Shown in pieces: positions 7,422 to 10,034 of a stretch of 10,034 nt of DNA. The stretch is taken from NCBI GenBank assembly GCA_037481775.1, contig JBBFKZ010000033.1, forward strand, positions 1-10,034, in the 5' to 3' direction. The stretch's first letter is position 1; every line of letters starts with the position of its first letter. The notes beneath the pieces are model-generated. The model did not search any database, was not told where the DNA came from, and saw nothing but the letters and a program-made list of their open reading frames with translations. This DNA comes from Candidatus Bathyarchaeia archaeon (GTDB lineage Archaea > Thermoproteota > Bathyarchaeia > Bathyarchaeales > Bathycorpusculaceae). The translations under genes and the position numbers were made by a program.

Positions 7422-8309
7422 TTACTTCGCATCTTCATTTACTGCCTTCAGTATTTTTGACGCGTCTACTCTTAGCTCGTTGAAGGCAAGTTCCTCAGCG
7501 GGAATGCCCATAGCTAACCCGAGCAACTGTGGATAATGCAGAACTGGTATTCCGTAAGTTTCGTTGAACATTCTCTCTATGCGTAGCTCGTTAGTATCAA
7601 ACATGATGTGGCAGAACGGGCAAATTGTGACCAAAGCTTGGGCACTTGCCTTCTTCACGTGATTGAGCTTTTCTCTGGCAAGCTCCAAAGCAACTTTGTC
7701 GCTGACGCCGACGCTGGGCGCGCCGCAGCATTCTGTTTCGCCAATGTAATCCAAGCTTGTGGCGCCTATGGCTTCGATAAGCGTCTTTAGAACATGCGGG
7801 TCTTCTGGATTGTCAAAGCCTATGTACTCTTTTGGTCTAAGCAAGTGACAGCCAACGTGTTCCGCAACTTTAAGCATAGTAAGCGGCTTGACTACGGCTT
7901 TCTTTATCTTCTCTACTCCAACATCTTCCATCAGCACTTGAAGTATATGCTTTACTTCTACTGTTCCTTTGAACTCTAAGTCTGCTTCTTTCAAGCGGCT
8001 ATTTATTTGATCTTTCAACGCCTTATCTTTCTTCAACAGCGCATTAACTTTCTTCAATGTGCCCGCGCAGCCAGGACAAAGTGTGAGGATGTTCAAGCCT
8101 TGCTGTTCAGCTATCGCCAAGTTTCGCGCCGCGAGTATAAGCATGGCTTCATGACTAACTGGATCCAGCGGCAGCCCGCAGCAATTGAATTCAGGCATCT
8201 CGACGAGCTCTATGCCTAGTTTAGCAAGGACTTTGCGGGCTGAAATCTCGTAGGCGGATACTCGATAAGGAATGGCGCAACCGAGAAAAATCAAGTATTT
8301 GCTGCTCAT
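7422..8309 (-). CDS. hdrB: Heterodisulfide reductase subunit B (two CCG domains)
   Basis: FLGCAIP...CCG...CPGC and HVGCH...CCG...CPFC motifs; C-terminal IPVLHYPQLLGLAMG. ATGA overlap with the hdrC stop. Confidence 0.95.
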   Translation of the reverse strand: MSSKYLIFLGCAIPYRVSAYEISARKVLAKLGIELVEMPEFNCCGLPLDPVSHEAMLILAARNLAIAEQQGLNILTLCPGCAGTLKKVNALLKKDKALKDQINSRLKEADLEFKGTVEVKHILQVLMEDVGVEKIKKAVVKPLTMLKVAEHVGCHLLRPKEYIGFDNPEDPHVLKTLIEAIGATSLDYIGETECCGAPSVGVSDKVALELAREKLNHVKKASAQALVTICPFCHIMFDTNELRIERMFNETYGIPVLHYPQLLGLAMGIPAEELAFNELRVDASKILKAVNEDAK

Positions 8310-8842
8310 GCTGTGCTACTTCCTTTTTTGATGTTGTCGAAAAATTTAATCCCTTGAAGCGTTTTACGTAGGCTCTCAGAATTGCCTCTTGGAAGCGGAG
8401 GCAACCCTTGTGACTCGCGCTTTTTGATTTTTAATTCGGGAATATTGTAAGCGTAACCTGAATTAAGTATTGAATTGGCTTGTTCCTTGAAAATTGCAGG
8501 TATAATGCCTTTTTCAGCAGCCAAGTTTCTTAAAACGCGGATGACGCTGGCGACTTCAACGCCTTGTGGACAACGGTCTGTGCAAGTGAAGCATGCCGCA
8601 CAAAGCCATAGGGTTTCGCTGTTCAAAACTCGGTCTCTTAGACCAAGCTGCGCCATGCGGATTATTGTGCGCGGCCTGTAGGCGTCGCTGAACCTTGCCA
8701 CTGGGCAGTCGCTGGTGCAGGTTCCGCATTGGAAGCATCTGAGAATTTTTTCGCTGCCAGGCATCTTCAAAAGTTCGTATTTGAATTTTGAGTCAATTTC
8801 TGAAGCTTTTATCACGTCTTTGGTTTTCTCTGTCTCAGCCAC
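8306..8842 (-). CDS. hdrC: Heterodisulfide reductase subunit C (2x[4Fe-4S])
   Basis: CFQCGTCTSDCP and LWLCAACFTCTDRCPQGV motifs. GTG start with AAGGGTGA SD at 8856-8849. Coupled to hdrB. Confidence 0.95.
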   Translation of the reverse strand: MAETEKTKDVIKASEIDSKFKYELLKMPGSEKILRCFQCGTCTSDCPVARFSDAYRPRTIIRMAQLGLRDRVLNSETLWLCAACFTCTDRCPQGVEVASVIRVLRNLAAEKGIIPAIFKEQANSILNSGYAYNIPELKIKKRESQGLPPLPRGNSESLRKTLQGIKFFDNIKKGSSTA

Positions 8843-9134
8843 TTCAAGTCACCCTTAGGCTCTCGACGCTACTGATAGCTCTTAAAAGAAACAGCATTAT
8901 CAACTACATAAAGCTTCTAGGCGATAATTTTCATTGTGTTATGTGGGAATCATCGAGCAGCAGATTAAAGCAAAATTGGCGCATAGTCACGGAATATTTT
9001 GCCGCGCTTTTTGCTCATAAAACAAGATGTGCTATTGCAGTAGCACTGTGGAGAGCAATATTTTTGAGAGTCTAAATTGCCGAAAGTGTTATTTCAGAAA
9101 TGCTATTAATTAGCGTGGCAGGAAGCCCTTCGTC

Positions 9135-9575
9135 ATGAAAAGTGAACGCCATGCTTTCATATTAGTCGCCGACGAAAAGTACTGGAAGAAACTCTGTGAG
9201 CGCAGCAAAGCAAGTAATGAAACCCATGTTTTTGTAAGAAAAAATAAAGTAGGTCCCATAAACGCTCAGAGGCTATTGTTTTACGTTAAAAAGCCAGTCA
9301 TGCAAATTCGAGGTGTTGCAGATTTCGTGGAGCGGTTGACCGGCGCTCCTGAAGAGTTGTGGCGGGACTACGGTGCAGAAAGCTGCTTTGAATCCTTCGA
9401 GGAATTCTGCAAGTTTGCACAGGGCAGAGAAGTTATGACGTTTTTAAGGTTCAAGAATTTCGTTGAGCTGGAGAATCCAAAAACGGCGAAAGCTCTCAAA
9501 GGTATTCTCGGTTCTTTACAGGGCTTCCGAGGCGGCTATGTGGATTTTGAGACGGCAAAGCAGCTGATAACTTGA
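9135..9575 (+). CDS. PUA-like fold protein (EVE/ASCH/DUF365-like), 146 aa
   Basis: LLFYVKKPVMQIRGVADF..GAPEELWRDYG..FEEF..F..GRE..FLRFKNF.ELENP pattern matches PUA-like (ASCH/EVE) families. No SD; TATTAAT at about 9103-9109 suggests a leaderless transcript. Confidence 0.65.
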   Translation: MKSERHAFILVADEKYWKKLCERSKASNETHVFVRKNKVGPINAQRLLFYVKKPVMQIRGVADFVERLTGAPEELWRDYGAESCFESFEEFCKFAQGREVMTFLRFKNFVELENPKTAKALKGILGSLQGFRGGYVDFETAKQLIT

Positions 9576-9604
9576 AAAACTGCGAGTACACGTTTCTTGT
9601 CATA

Positions 9605-9650
9605 GTATAAGGTTAAATCCTTGATTAGGACATTCATTAGCTAGCGGGAG
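9605..9650 (+). promoter_or_regulatory. Putative TATA box and SD for the arcadin-1-like gene
   Basis: AAGG-TTAAAT with the box at 9613-9618; GGGAG at 9646-9650; ATG at 9656. Confidence 0.45.
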
Positions 9651-9655
9651 TTAGT

Positions 9656-9982
9656 ATGTTTCGAGTTAGAGTTAACAAAATAGAGTCCACACGCGACTTG
9701 GACGGCAATCTTGGGAAACGCATAGAGCTTGTTGAAGAACGGGAAATTTCTCCTTTTGTCGTCAGACCGCAATCAGAAGAAGCAAAGATGGCGCAGGATA
9801 TAATGCAGATTCTGCAGCAACAGATGCCTTTTCTTCAGCAAAGAACGCAACTTGCCATACCTAAGATACTCTTATTCTTGACTGAGCAGGAATATGACGA
9901 TTTAGGCATAAACTTCGATGTGAACCAAGTTTACGAGGTAACTCTGGAAAACCAATCCATCAAATTCACGAAAGTCTCATGA
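9656..9982 (+). CDS. Arcadin-1-like protein (108 aa)
   Basis: KRIELVEEREI, a Q-rich central helix, PKILLFLTEQEY and DVNQVYEVTLENQSIKF align with Pyrobaculum arcadin-1 as I recall it (VKIDVVEEKEL...PRITLWLTEEE...DVGDVIEINIENGAITI). Length is similar. Confidence 0.75.
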   Translation: MFRVRVNKIESTRDLDGNLGKRIELVEEREISPFVVRPQSEEAKMAQDIMQILQQQMPFLQQRTQLAIPKILLFLTEQEYDDLGINFDVNQVYEVTLENQSIKFTKVS

Positions 9983-10034
9983 TGGCACCGCGCAATTTTT
10001 TCAGCGCTGAATGCCGTGGATGGAAAGACAACAC

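Noticed and set aside
7381-7430. SECIS element or selenocysteine recoding in hdr/mvhD genes
   Set aside because: No in-frame TGA in hdrA-mvhD, hdrB or hdrC; all ligand positions are Cys codons.
6927-9075. Short ORFs overlapping DUF2096, hdrB and hdrC, and a 28-aa minus-strand ORF (7438-7352) after hdrB
   Set aside because: They overlap well-supported genes or lack SD and motifs.

Overview
Archaeal chromosomal window. I infer a TACK-type organism, most plausibly Bathyarchaeia, from GGTGA/GGAGG ribosome-binding sites, BRE/TATA promoters and an arcadin-1-like gene next to Hdr genes. Left to right: (1) a single-chain aconitase on the minus strand, truncated by the window edge and absent from the ORF track; (2) divergent pyrF; (3) an unlisted 50-aa ribbon-helix-helix (RHH) regulator on the minus strand; (4) about 800 bp of non-coding DNA rich in inverted repeats; (5) a coupled operon of a six-[4Fe-4S] FwdF-like polyferredoxin and an HdrA-MvhD fusion; (6) convergent hdrC-hdrB and a DUF2096-like gene; (7) a PUA/EVE/ASCH-like protein; (8) an arcadin-1-like protein. 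The main candidate system is a self-contained HdrABC-MvhD-polyferredoxin electron-bifurcating module with variant Fe-S motifs and no hydrogenase, Fdh or Fwd catalytic genes in view. All family assignments come from recalled motifs; no database searches were run.
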